A stretch of 64,000 bases of DNA, taken from NCBI RefSeq assembly GCF_006345805.1, contig NC_043009.1, forward strand, positions 26,412,001 to 26,476,000, in the 5' to 3' direction. The translations under genes were made by a program, and so were the position numbers. Origin of the DNA: Octopus sinensis. Taxonomy: Eukaryota. The notes under the pieces were generated by a model. That model saw only the letters and a program-made list of their open reading frames with translations, was not told the DNA's origin and did not search any database. The first letter of the stretch is position 1. Every line of letters begins with the position of its first letter. Shown in pieces: positions 11,261-23,890 of this stretch.

Positions 11261-11345
11261 CGTGTGTGTGTGTGTGTGCGTGTGTATGTGTGCGTGTGTG
11301 TGTGTGTATAGTCACAGTATGTATACCACATACACACACAGACGC

Positions 11346-11388
<43 letters not shown>

Positions 11389-11761
11389 TATATATAATAT
11401 ATATATATATATTATATATATATATATAAACATTATCTCCAACAGATACTCAATGTATGTGACTTGATTGCTAGCCAGTAGGCTGCAATTTAGCGCGGTG
11501 GGGATGACTCCCTCAAAGCGAATGGTATTAAAATATCTGAAACTCATAGACAGGCATGACAACTCGCCCCAGATTCCAGAAGCAATGGAGATCGATCTTT
11601 GGCCCTTTTCGTGGCTTCTCAATATCATGTACCTGAACCAAACTGGAGGCGAACTGAATCACAACTCCATGTCTGTATGCTAATAGTATAAAAACTATTG
11701 AGTATGTGTTTTCGATAATGTTTACAACACTAACGCTGTTTCTTATTTACATTTGAATATA

Positions 11762-12090
11762 GTAAAGACCCCCTTCGGTCATGAATGACCATGGGATTGC
11801 ACCTAGAAAGTTACCCTCCTAGACACAAGTCCGGGCAAGGTTGTTTATGGAAGGTCAGCAGTCGCCCATGCATACCAGCCTCCCCTCTCCACGCCACCAG
11901 TGTTATCCAAGGGAAAGACAAAGGTCGATACAGCTTGGCACCAGTGACGTCGCAACTCATTTCTACAGCTGAGTGAACTGGAGCAACGTGAAATAAAGTG
12001 CCTTGCTCGAGAACACAACACGCAGCCCGGTCCGGGATTCGAGCTCACAACCTCACGATCGTAAGCTCGACGCTCTAACCACTGAGCCGT
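11762..12090 (-). mobile_element. SINE family D (tRNA head plus CORE-like domain), near full length
   Basis: Minus strand: ggctcagtggttagagcgtc...ctcgaatccc (A/B boxes), then gagcaaggcactttatttcacgttgctccagttcactcagctgtagaaatgag, which resembles the MIR-type CORE; second copy at 36465-36778. Confidence 0.8.
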
Positions 12091-12239
12091 GATATATATA
12101 TATTATATATGTGTGTGTGTGTATGTGTGTGTATGTGAGTGTGTGTGTATGTATGTATGTATGTAATGTATGTGTGTGTGTGTATGTATGTATGTATGTA
12201 TGTATGTATGTATATATATATATATATATATAAAGTTAA

Positions 12240-12385
12240 TCTAAACATGAAAACACAAAGAGAAAACACAACAACGCGAGGACGTGGAACAAGTATAGTG
12301 TTATTGGACACTCGGGAAAGGAAAGAAAGAAGGAGGATTTAATGCTTCGAGCGGAGCTCTTCGTCAGAAACATAGAAAAGAAAGA
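12240..12385 (-). mobile_element. Penelope-like terminal fragment with hammerhead-like motif (12338-12370)
   Basis: Minus strand ttt-CTGACGA-a-gagc-tcc-gctc-GAAG-catt-aaa; canonical CUGANGA but the GAAA box is altered. Confidence 0.5.
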
Positions 12386-12389
12386 TCAT

Positions 12390-12900
12390 GTATATATGTA
12401 TATAGATATATAATATGTATATATATATATATATATTATATATATATATATAGATATATATATCATATATATATAATATGTATATAATATATATAATATA
12501 TTATATATAAAAACATATATATATATATGAATATATATAATTATATACATATTATATATATATGTATATAATATATATATATATATAAAAACATATATAT
12601 ATATGAATATATATTATATTATATACATATATATATATGTATATAATATATGTATATAATATATATATTATATATAAAACATACTATATATATGAATATT
12701 ATATATATATATACATATATATATATGTATAATTATTATATATATATATATATATAAAAACATATATATATATGAATATTATATATATATTATATTATAT
12801 ATATTATATACATATACATATATATATATATACATATATATATGTACATATATAGCAAAAAATATAATTTATATACAATATATATAATATAAATACAGTG
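12390..12900. repeat. Long imperfect (TA)n microsatellite
   Basis: Directly visible. Confidence 0.95.
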
Positions 12901-13129
12901 TAATTAAACACATAAGAGGTATCCCATCATGGATACTCTATGTGTTTAAATGTACACGTATTTATATAAATAATATATAGTCTATTGACTAATTTTTCTA
13001 ACACGCTAGACCACTTCTAGTAAAAAATTTCAAGTATTTTCTGTACCATGATATATTAATTATACATATATAATACATACATTATATATATATATATAAT
13101 ATATATTATATATATAATACATATCCCTT

Positions 13130-13362
13130 ACTTTTTTCTCTCCCTTCTCCGTCTGACCATTCTGTCCGAGAGACGCCATGATAGATCGTTAGCTACTACA
13201 GACATTTTTTTTCTCTCCTTGTTTTTTCTGTACCTTTCTGTAGAAGAGCGTAGGCTCGAAACGTAAAAGACTTTTCTATTCTGAGCGCTATACTAATCAT
13301 CTGTTTTTTGTACACCACCTGCCTCGTCTTGTGTTTATTTTCGTAAACTTTCCCTTTTATAT
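13130..13362 (+). mobile_element. Penelope-like terminal-repeat fragment with hammerhead-like motif (13234-13269)
   Basis: cttt-CTGTAGA-a-gagc-gtag-gctc-GAAA-cg-TA-aaag; embedded in (TA)n. Confidence 0.6.
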
Positions 13363-14146
13363 ATTATTCCTCTATTATATATATATAGATATATATATAT
13401 AATATATATTATATATATATCAGTGATATAATATACATATATAATATATATTAATATATACACATAGTATCTAGATATATGTCACCACTAGATGGTAGTG
13501 GGTTCGATCCCTTGCTCGCAGTGTATCGGACACAGGTTGTGTTGTTAACCAACTGGAGGAGATGTCCTCCTGAGGTTGAAATAAAATTGTAGTGCCGTAG
13601 TTCCGTTCGGAACAGCCATTTTGAAGTGGCGAAAAACTCTACTATAGCTTTGTAGCTTGTGTGTGTGTGGTGTACGCGTGGTACTTTGGTATTTCGCCGA
13701 TAATGGCTTCTCAAAATAGTCTTTAGAATCCAGCACCAGAAATCTTTGGTAAAAGGCCACCATATATGTATATAATATATTATATACATATACATATAGG
13801 TATGTAAATATATATAATATATTTATGTGTGTTTATTATATAGAAAAGCTGACAGCCTACCGTTAGTTTGACTCCACAGCTAAGGCGCGAAACTGAGTAG
13901 ATTGTCAGATTGGTTTATAATAATCATCTCCATCAACTCTAACAAGCGTATTACGTTCTGTGTCAGTTTCTATTTGTAATATATAGAATATATTTTTGAT
14001 ATATTTTACAAACCTTACATAATGTACATATGTGTGTGTGTCTGTGTTATAAATGTACAATAACTATATATGTGTATGATGTATGTGTATTATATGTATG
14101 TGTGCGTATGTATGTTTGCAATATATATATATATATATATATAGAG

Positions 14147-14897
14147 AGGAAAAATTATAATAACACTGAATGCTAAATTGAAAATAAATTTTAATAAAAA
14201 TGAGTGTATGAAAAATTAAAAAAGAAAAAATAATACATGAAACCGGCTTTCATTGCAAGACAAATTTTCAAGATTTGAAAGGGGAAAAATTTTTATTTTT
14301 TAATTGAGGAAGGGGAAAAAAGAAATTTACAATGTTTTTTTAAAAAATAATAATACATATATACAAAAATTTATAAATAAGTATACCAATACATTGTAGA
14401 GTCTTTATGCCTTTAGAGTTCAATATTAGTCCTTGGAAAAACTTCTTTGGAGGATTAAGATGCATGTGTTTAAATGTAGTGTATATTTTGAAAGAGTGGG
14501 GTGTGTTGTGTGTCAAAACAAGAAATGGGGTAGGAGTTATCCAGTGCCTTTGAGTAAGGGGAGACAATTCTGTGGATTTTATGCTCTTTAATTGGAATGA
14601 TGGATATTTTGTCAAACAGGATGCTTATATCAATTTTTTGTTAGATAGGATGCTAGAAAAAGGAGTATGGTCACCGTGGAGTTTGTATATTAAAACATGT
14701 TTGGAATTTTTCAATAAAAAGATTATCCTTGTTGATGCTTTCTTGCTTTCTTGTGTAGAGATTCTGTCTTTACATTGGTAGAAAGGGAATATGTGAAATT
14801 TGGAATTTTTATCTCTAGCGCAAGAGTCTATGTGGCTACTGAGTGGAATTTGACGGTATTGTAGGAGATTTATCTGTTCATATATACAGCAGTCCAT
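14147..14897 (-). mobile_element. Penelope-like element 3' end: frameshifted C-terminus of a GIY-YIG endonuclease plus terminal region
   Basis: Minus-strand translation QYRQIPLSSHIDSCARDKNSKFHIFPFYQCKDRISTQE, then in another frame NKDNLFIEKFQTCFNIQTPR* (to 14671), resembling the R-x-K-E-x-x-F-I-x-K-F-x-P-x-L-N end of PLE GIY-YIG domains (recall). Confidence 0.6.
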
Positions 14898-14935
14898 ATA
14901 TATATATGTATATATATGTGTGTGTGTGTGTGTCA

Positions 14936-15208
14936 GCGTCACACATCGCTGGTCACAATCCGCTTCGCATTGCTGTAGCCTTCAAATAATGCCACCCCGC
15001 TGGCTAGGCGAGCAGGCCAACAGAAGAAAGAGTGAGAGAAAGTTGTAGCGAAAGAGTACAGCAGGGATCTCCACCATCCCCTGCCGGAGTCTCATGGAGC
15101 TTCAGGTGTTTTTGCTCAATAAACACTCACATCGCCCGGTCTGGGAATCAAAACCGCAATCCTACGACCGCGAGTCCACTGCCCTAACCACTGGGCCATT
15201 GCGCCTCC
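14936..15208 (-). mobile_element. SINE family C (tRNA-Arg-like head)
   Basis: Minus strand ggaggcgcaatggcccagtggttagggcagtggactcgcggtcgtaggattgcggttttgattccc; homologous to 26323, 30571 and 42540-42847. Confidence 0.85.
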
Positions 15209-15300
15209 ATGTATATATATGTATATGTTGTGTATATATATATATATGTGTATGTATATATAAATGTATATATGTATATGTATATATGTATATATATGTA

Positions 15301-16477
15301 TAAATCCTTAAATCCTTAAAAATGTTTTAGCCGAAAGCCGCGGCCATGCTGGGGCACCACCGCTGAATGAGCTACACTAATTTGTGAATCCACCTCTGAT
15401 ACGTGGCACTTGATCAACAAGGGAGTTCGATGCTGCTGCCCGCATCTGTGTCTCCTGTCGTGAGGTAGGTTCATCTGGGACTCCTGACAAGAAGAGATCC
15501 AGTTTAGTTTTAAAGAAACCCACATCCACACCATGTAAGTCTCTCGGGCATTTAGGGAGGATGTTAAAGAGCTGTGGTCCTCTGAAACCCAAGCTGTTGC
15601 AGTATCTGGACCTGTATTTTGATGGTGATGTTGGAATCCTTGGCACCATGCAGTAGCGCCCCGTTCTGCGGTTGGGGTAACTTTGAATGCCAAAGTTTGG
15701 GACAAGACCCTCCAGGATTTTCCAGGTGTATATCACCGCATATCTCTCCCACCTCCGCTCTAGGGAGAAGAGGTTTAATACCTTCAGTCTTTCTCAGTAG
15801 CTGATATTTTGCATTGAGACGATTTTCTTTGTGTAGCTTCTCTGAATTGCTTCGAGTTCTGCTGTTAGTTTTATATTGTGTGGTGACCACAGTTGGGAGC
15901 AGTAGTCCAAGCGGCTGAGGACGAATGTTTTCCATAGGACCATCAGTGTCTCCTTCTCTCTTGTTCTGAAAGTTCGGAGAATCCATCCAGTTAGCCGTCT
16001 GCATTTTATCACAAGATTAGCAATATGCACTTGGAAAGATGCATCATTGCTCATGTCAATGCCCAGGTCACGCACTGATTTTGACTCAGGGATTGCAATT
16101 CTTCCTGGGCCAGTGTATCCAGTCTGCACGTCGTTTACCTTTGTGTGCCAGTAGGGCAGGGCCTGGAACTTACCTGCATTAAACTGCATGTTGTTGTCCT
16201 CAGCCCACCTGTATATTGTGTCCAACTCCTGTTGCAGATGCGCAATATTTTCAGGGTTTTGTATTGCGTGGGAGACTTTTGTGTCATCTGCATAGCTAGC
16301 AAGGGTGGTCATCGTAGCAACTGAAGGCATGTCTGAAAGGGCCACTATGAACATCAGTGGCCCCAAGACAGTGCCCTGTGGGACACCGCTTGCTATTTGT
16401 GTTTCCTTAAAGGTGGCTCCATTGCTCACAACTGCCTGTTTTCTGTCTTTTAGGAAGTTGTGCAGCCACTCTCCAAT
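15301..16477 (-). mobile_element. 5'-truncated CR1/L2-group LINE: RT and C-terminal ORF2 region, 3' UTR, (aaggattt)2 tail
   Basis: [36 protein letters not shown]. One frame runs from 16477 to 15377 with a single in-frame TGA at 15796-15794 (ISY*ERL, probably from TGG). Confidence 0.95.
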
Positions 16478-16492
16478 GTATATGTATATATG

Positions 16493-16537
<45 letters not shown>

Positions 16538-16961
16538 GTATGTATGTATATATATGTATATATATATATATATGTATGTATATGTATTTATATATACACA
16601 CATACACGCGTGTATTTATTCTATAAGACTATTATATATCTTGGCTTTCTCGCATCTCGTTATAAATTCTGTATTTTATCGCCATAGTGATAACAAAGTG
16701 CTCTGCAGAGAATATTTCCCCAAATGTAGATATAATCTTTATATATATAATTTTAATTCCTCCTACTTATTACATTAGGATTTCCTGATAAATCAATTCC
16801 ACTTCGTTTGATAAATTTGACACATTTGTAAATTCTTCGCCTCTTCTAACACAAGAATACTGAAGCTATTGTTTTGTTTTCAATATATATATATTTATAT
16901 TTACCTCTCTCTCTGCCGCGCATATTTCTATATGTTTACACACACACACCACACACACATA

Positions 16962-17005
<44 letters not shown>

Positions 17006-17126
17006 CATACCCATATATATATATTATATGTATATATGCATGTTTATATATACATATATATGCGTGTATGTGTGTACATATAAAAATGCATATATACATA
17101 TCTTATATGTGTGTGTGTTATATAAC

Positions 17127-17187
<61 letters not shown>

Positions 17188-17272
17188 CCTATATATATAT
17201 GTCTGTATATATATATATATATTATATACTCTATTATATATATATGTCTGTATGTATATATACACTTACATA

Positions 17273-17304
<32 letters not shown>

Positions 17305-17354
17305 CCTATATATAATGTCTGTAGTACATATATTCACTTACATATATATGTATA

Positions 17355-17385
<31 letters not shown>

Positions 17386-17470
17386 CATGTGTATAATATA
17401 TATTTATATGTATATATATATACACAACAAATATTGGTGTGTGTGTGTGTGGTGTGTATGTGTGTGTGTG
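16478..17470. repeat. (TA)n/(TG)n microsatellite cluster
   Basis: Directly visible, apart from a unique interval at about 16610-16870. Confidence 0.85.
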
Positions 17471-18499
17471 GCAGAGAGACAGAGAAGTGTTGGGAATGGT
17501 GCTTTTCAAAAACAAAGTATTATGCGAAAAGCTGGATGTTCATCGTCAATTAATTCGGACCGTCAAATTTTCAATTGTATTAAGCTCAATCTATCTAAAC
17601 TGATCTATTTCCAATATTTTGTTTATACAAAGCATCATTTATGGTTTTGGCATTCAAGAATCCTTAAAAAATATTCACAAAATATTAACATATAATACCT
17701 GACTCTTCAAAACCTATTACAATAAAACAATTTGGATAGAATTGAAGGATGGGCACAGAATGTCATTTCGTGTTTCGTTGGAATTACCTTGGTTTCAATG
17801 TCTGCCTAAATCTACCTTGGCATCGAAGAAACTAAATTATTACGCTGCTCATTTGTAATAGAATCTCCGGTGGTTTCTATAGCAATCTTTCGTTCCGTTT
17901 GGCTGCTGGACACATCTTTTATTCTCTTTTTTGTTTTTATTTGTTTGTTTCAATCATTAGCCTGTGGCCATGCTGGGGCACCACCTTGAAGAATTTTTAA
18001 TCAAATGAATCGATCCCAGGACTTTTTTTTATTATTACTATAAACCTGGTACTTATCCGTTTCTTTTACTTAAACACTAAGTTACTAGGACGTAAACACA
18101 CTAACACCAATCTTCAAGCAGTAGTGGAAAACACACATACACACATACATATTGTTGTGTCTAGAGAGAGTCATTGTGCCAATCTTATTAACACACACAC
18201 GCACTGTTTCCTTTCCACTCCTTTCTTAATCAATTGGTTAAATATCCAACTAACTGACTGATTGTATCTTGGTTAAACAGAAAGTAATTTGTTTTGTTTT
18301 TGTTTGTATTTTTGTCAAAGCTCTTTCGTTACTATTAGCAACCTTTACAATGGCTTTTCTTTTAGTGCGTTACAAAGGCCGTAATTGCCTGTGTGAAACC
18401 TTGTTGCATGCGTGTGTGTGTATCCCTAGACACAACAAAATTTGTTTCAACAAACGAATTCACATGAAGTATCTTGCAAGCCAAATACAAAAACGAAGT

Positions 18500-19230
18500 G
18501 TATATACAGCCGAAATTGCGAGGATGATCCGGTTCTTGACTGAAGATTGAAGGCTTCAATCGTCCGTGTTTTTTGTTACGTCTTCTAAATGTTTTGCGTT
18601 CTTGTCCCAGTTTGTATATTTTTACATATATATATAGCGACGCACGTACCCTTTTGTCTTATATGTCTCTTTCTCGCTCTCTCTCTCTTCTTCTCCTCCT
18701 TGGTTCCTTCTCTCCTCTTTTCTCTCTCTTCTCCCCCTCCCTAATTCCTCTGTCCCTCTTTTCCTCTTTCTTCTCCTCACACGTGACTGACTGACCGATT
18801 ACCGGCCTTTTGTGCTTAGCAGTCGTCGCGGCAAGACAAATTTTTTTCTCTCTGTCCTAAGGCATTTTTCTAACGCCAGCTCAAAGTTTACTCGTCCTGT
18901 TGAAAGACACATATTTGTGACGTCCTGTTTTTGTTATTATTATTATTATTGTTTTTACGTATTTTTGTATTCATATTCGTGTAATATCGTCCGTTTTTCC
19001 GTCTTTGTTTTGTATTCATTCGAGGCTTTCTTCAAGGAATCTAATGCGCTTGGCTTAGATTTTCCTTGGAGCTGGCCAGATTGGAGCAATCTCAAGATTA
19101 ATCAGCCGAAATTGCGAAGATGATCCGGTTCTTGACTGAAGATTGAAGGCTTTGAATGTCCCGTCCGTGATTTTTGTATCGTCTTCTAAATGTTTTGCGT
19201 TCTTGTCCCAGTTTGTATTTTTTTACACAC
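18500..19230 (+). repeat. Direct repeat pair (about 18507-18630 and 19103-19230) of an unassigned interspersed family
   Basis: cagccgaaattgcga.gatgatccggttcttgactgaagattgaaggctt...ttctaaatgttttgcgttcttgtcccagtttgtat occurs twice. Confidence 0.75.
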
Positions 19231-19310
19231 ACACACACATATATATATATACATATATATATATATGTATGTATGTATATATGTATGTATGTATGTATGT
19301 ATATATATGT

Positions 19311-19414
<104 letters not shown>

Positions 19415-19751
19415 TATTTTTACACCTCTTAAAACCAGAGAGAATTCTTTTCTCTACATTAACCGCAGTGAATTTGCCTTTAGAATTTTGTCAGAAACAT
19501 TTTAACAAACCAAAAGTTCGTGAGTGTGTGTGTGTGTGTGGTTTTGTACTTGGTTTGCAAGATTCTTTATGTGAACTCGTGTGCTGAAGCATATTTTATT
19601 GTGTCTGAGGAAAGTCATTCCGTTTCAATGCCTTATTAATTAACACACTCACTGGTTCGATTTCCACTCATTTATTTATTTAATAATTTTTTTCTAAAAT
19701 TTCTTCTTGCAACCTTTTGAAGGTTTGTAGCACGTGATCGTCGCATTGACC

Positions 19752-20245
19752 ATGACAGAGAAAGTTGTCCTGGAGATACCTGCTCAGAGGCCTACGCAAG
19801 ATTTCAAAAAGTGTATGGAGAGGAGTGTATGAGCCGCACACGAGTGTATGAATGGTTCTGATGTTTCTAGGAGGGGCGAAAAAATGTCGATATTGACGAA
19901 CCTTCTAGGAGCCTCACAACCAGCAGGACTAAGAAAAACATCGCAGATGTGCTTGCAGCTCTGAGGGAAAATCGTCGAATCACCATCTGTGAGTTATCAG
20001 AGGATGTCGAGATTTGTTACGATTCCATCATCTCTGATGATTTGGGTATGAGACGCGTGTCTACCAAGTTTGTGTTAAAACTGCTTTCAGCTAAAGGCGG
20101 TGCTCCAGCATGGCTGCAGTCAAATGACTGAAACAAGTAAAAAAGTAAAAAAGTAAAAGAGTAGCTGAGCAAAAGGACACTCGGGTTTCAGTTGCACAAG
20201 ATATCCTTGATTGTGTCGAGAACGATGAAAACCTTTTGAAAACTT
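19752..20245 (+). pseudogene. Mariner transposase relic (N-terminal HTH region)
   Basis: GDTCSEAYARFQKVYGEECMSRTRVYEWF*CF*EGRKNVD...ENRRITICELSED...DDLGMRRVSTKFVLKLLS / AEQKDTRVSVAQDILDCVENDENLLKTL; in-frame stops and deletions. Confidence 0.9.
20093..20162 (+). mobile_element. Family A 3' tail inserted in the mariner relic
   Basis: aaaggcggtgctccagcatggctgcagtcaaatgactgaaacaagtaaaa...; flanked by agct at 20089-20092 and 20163-20166. Confidence 0.85.
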
Positions 20246-20562
20246 TGCGTAGACCTCTCAGCAGGTATCGCCAAGCTTTTGGCAGAATTTGATGCAGAAT
20301 CCCTGCTATTTTTGATTTAAGATTTTCTTCGATTTTGAACTGCAATTGTAATTTCATACAACCGGTTATTGAAAAGACTGTTAGTTGAAAGGACCAATGA
20401 AACAAAACCATTTTCAAATGTGTGTCTATCAAAGTAATTGTATATTTATGCATATAACCTTATTCTGTTCCATTCGAAACAAAACTGTCCGACGAACGGG
20501 AACGTGTAACTCTAAGTAACAGTTTTTGTGATTTTTTGCTGCCTTTTAATAAAGTATATATA

Positions 20563-20737
20563 GGCGCAGGAGTGGCTGTGTAGTAAGTAGCTTGCTTACC
20601 AACCACATGGTTCCGGGTTCAGTCCCACAGCGTTACAGCTACTATAGATTCAGGCTAACCAAAGCCTTATGAGTGGATTTGGTAGACGGAAACTGAAAGA
20701 AGCCCGTCGTATATATGTATATGTGTGTGTGTGTGTG

Positions 20738-20776
<39 letters not shown>

Positions 20777-21026
20777 GTGTCTGTGTGTGTGTGTGTCTAT
20801 GTGTGTGTCTGTGTGTCTGTGTGTCTGTGTTTGTCCCCCCAACATCGCTTGACAACAGATGCTGGTGTGTTTACGTCCCCGTAACTTAGCGGTTCGGCAA
20901 AAGAGACCGATAGAATAAGTACTGGGCTTACAAAGAATAAGTCCTAGGGTCGATTTTCTCGACTAAAGGCGGTGCTCCAGCATGGCCGCAGTCAAATGAC
21001 TGAAACAAGTAAAAGAGTAAAAGAAT
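20563..21026 (+). mobile_element. SINE family A, full length, CpG-rich
   Basis: ggcgcaggagtggctgtgtagtaag...gggttcagtccc (tRNA-like boxes), internal (TG)n, tail gactgaaacaagtaaaagagtaaaag. Confidence 0.9.
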
Positions 21027-21030
21027 CTAT

Positions 21031-21274
21031 ATTGTATAAAGGATCGTGGGTAAGGCCAGAGCAATGCGAAGTAAATACAAGGTAAATCACAAGAAAATAA
21101 ATATATGAATTAATGTAGACTTACCTTGTATTCAATATTTCGGGGTTATGACCCCATTTTCAAGAAATTGACGAATGTTGCCGATGTACGTGTTAATTCA
21201 GATACTTGTTTTCTTGTGATTTACCTTGCATTTACTTCGCATTGTTTTGGCTTTACCCACAATATTTTATACAA
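21031..21274. mobile_element. MITE-like fold-back, arms about 80-90 bp, TA-flanked
   Basis: attgtataaa..gtgggtaaggccagagcaatgcgaagtaaatacaaggtaaatcacaagaaaa versus ttttcttgtgatttaccttgcatttacttcgcattgttttggctttacccac..tttatacaat. Confidence 0.7.
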
Positions 21275-22229
21275 TATATGTATATATATTTTGATCATTA
21301 TTTTTCGTATGTTATTAGGCAGCGAACTGGTAGAATCGCCAGCGTTTTCTTTACGTTCTCAGTTTAAATCCCACCGAGATAAAATTTGCCTTTCATCCTT
21401 TCGGAGTTCGATAACGCAGCAGTCAAATGAGGTCATTTTTATTGATTTTTTCCCCCACCACTTGTGCCAAAATTAGAACGATGACATGTATATGGCTGTG
21501 AGATTAAGATCGCTTTGGAGCCAGGTGGTTACATGTTCACTTCCATTATGCATTACCATGGACAAGTGTCTTCTACAACTTCGGTCCAACCAACGCTTTG
21601 AGAGTGGCAGACAAAAACTGTATGGAAGCCCATCGTATATATTTGTACTGGCATGTATGTGTGTTTGTCCCCTCACCGCCACCGCTTTACTACTGCTGCT
21701 GGGTTGCTTTACATGGCCGCAACTTAGCGCTTCGGCAAAACAGACGGATAGAACAATTATCGGATTTATAATTAAGCAAAAAGTATTGGGGTCGATTTGT
21801 TCAACTAAACTCTTCAAGGTGATACCCCAGAATGGCCGCATTCCAATGACTAGAACAAGAACTATTTATACATAGCTTTTCATATATATTTTCGAGACAC
21901 ACGCAATATTACTGTCAATCACAGACCTATTACATCTCCCGTCCTGTTATCTTCTAATACAGTTATTCACAAGTCCCTCCATATGTGACCTCCCTCTTTG
22001 ATTTCCTCTTTTTTTAATCTCATTCATCTTTATTCGCTTTCAATTTGGGACTTTATGCTGCAAATGCTGCGATGTGCATTGATGCATGTCACCAATATTC
22101 ACCGCTATACTCTAAAACTTGAACTCCACGGGAGAATCTTATTAAGATATATGTGCGAAATAAGTATGGATGTGTGTATGTATGTTTTCGGTCACGTTAG
22201 CCTCTTCTGTATAGGAAACAATATATACA

Positions 22230-22477
22230 GACATGGATATATATTTATATGCATTTACATATATGTGGATATGCCTATATGTGTATACGTATGTGTGGTA
22301 TATGCATGTGTGTGTGCATATATGTATATATATATATATATACATATGTATACATATATATGTACACACTCACGCACACACACATATATATGTACATATA
22401 TATGTGCGTGTGTGAGTGTGTATATATATATATATATTGTAAGTGTGTGTATATATATATGTGTGTGTGCGTGTGTG

Positions 22478-22562
<85 letters not shown>

Positions 22563-23401
22563 CCTTGATTAAGAAGTTGGAATTTTAATAAATTAATCTT
22601 TCTGAGCACTTCTTGGTAACTATATATATATATACATATATATATATAGATATGTATGTATGCAATTCAATATACTGTATATGTGTCTGTGCGCGCGTGT
22701 GTGTAGATATGTATATGGACGTGTACATATGTGTGTGTTCGCGCGCGCGTTTACACATTCGCATAAGTAAAACAGTGCTTGCGTTCAATACACTAGTAAG
22801 TGTATGTGTGTATATATATATATATATACACACACTACAGTTATATTGAACAATGGCACAAGTATAGATATGTGTATTTATAGGAATATATTATATCTCA
22901 CAGTTTCTCTTGATCTGTGTATGCCTGATGTATATATATATATATATTGTAAGTGTGTGTATATATATAATATATATATATATATATGTATTTATATATA
23001 TACACACATATATATTTTATATCATACATATGCATAGATATATACATACATACATACATACATACATGCACAAATTTATTCATATCTATACATATGTATA
23101 GAAAAGAGAGAGTATGTAACCATATGCATACATATGTCTGTATATACATATATATATACATATGTATGTGTATATATATATATAATATATATATATATAT
23201 ATGTGTGTGTGTGTACAAATGTGTATGAATGAGTGGGTAGTACATGTATGCCACTCATCATCTTATTGAACAATTTTATAGGTATTGACATTATATGCAC
23301 TTATGCTCATCTATTTCAATTTCTACTACCTTGTAGAATTGGAAACAACAACAACAACAACAACACTAAGAAGAAGAATAGAATTAGTAATAATAATAAT
23401 G

Positions 23402-23476
<75 letters not shown>

Positions 23477-23890
23477 TGCTCTTACGCATATTGTATGTTT
23501 GGATCACGACCGTGATCAACTGACATGTAAGAGATAGATAGCAAGATAGATAGATAGACGGATGGGTGGATGGATTTGTATATATATATATACATAACGT
23601 ATGTATGTATACGTAACTATGTGTGTGTATGTATACATATCTGTATGTGCAAATATTTCTGTAACTCTACAAATTTGTATGGATGCTTGCGCATATACGT
23701 ACATATGAGCATGCTTTGTATGGCGTGTATGTATATATATATATATATATACATAAATATATATATTCATATATACATACATATTTATATATATACATAT
23801 ATATTCATATATATATATAATATATATAATATATACACTTATATATACTCATATATATATATACATATATATTCTTATGCACACACGACG
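22230..23890. repeat. Microsatellite cluster: (TA)n, (TG)n, (CATA)n, (AAT)n, (GATA)n
   Basis: Directly visible. Confidence 0.9.

Noticed and set aside
16869-17695. Long I/Y/C/V/H/T-rich ORFs here and at 22.0-23.9, 32.0-32.7, 45.4-46.7 and 52.0-52.7 kb
   Set aside because: Translations of (TA)n, (TG)n and (CA)n arrays; no coding signal.
20250-20400. Minus-strand LQFKIEENLKSKIAGILHQILPKAWRYLLRGLR as a Tc1-type C-terminus
   Set aside because: Similarity is too weak to call without a profile search.
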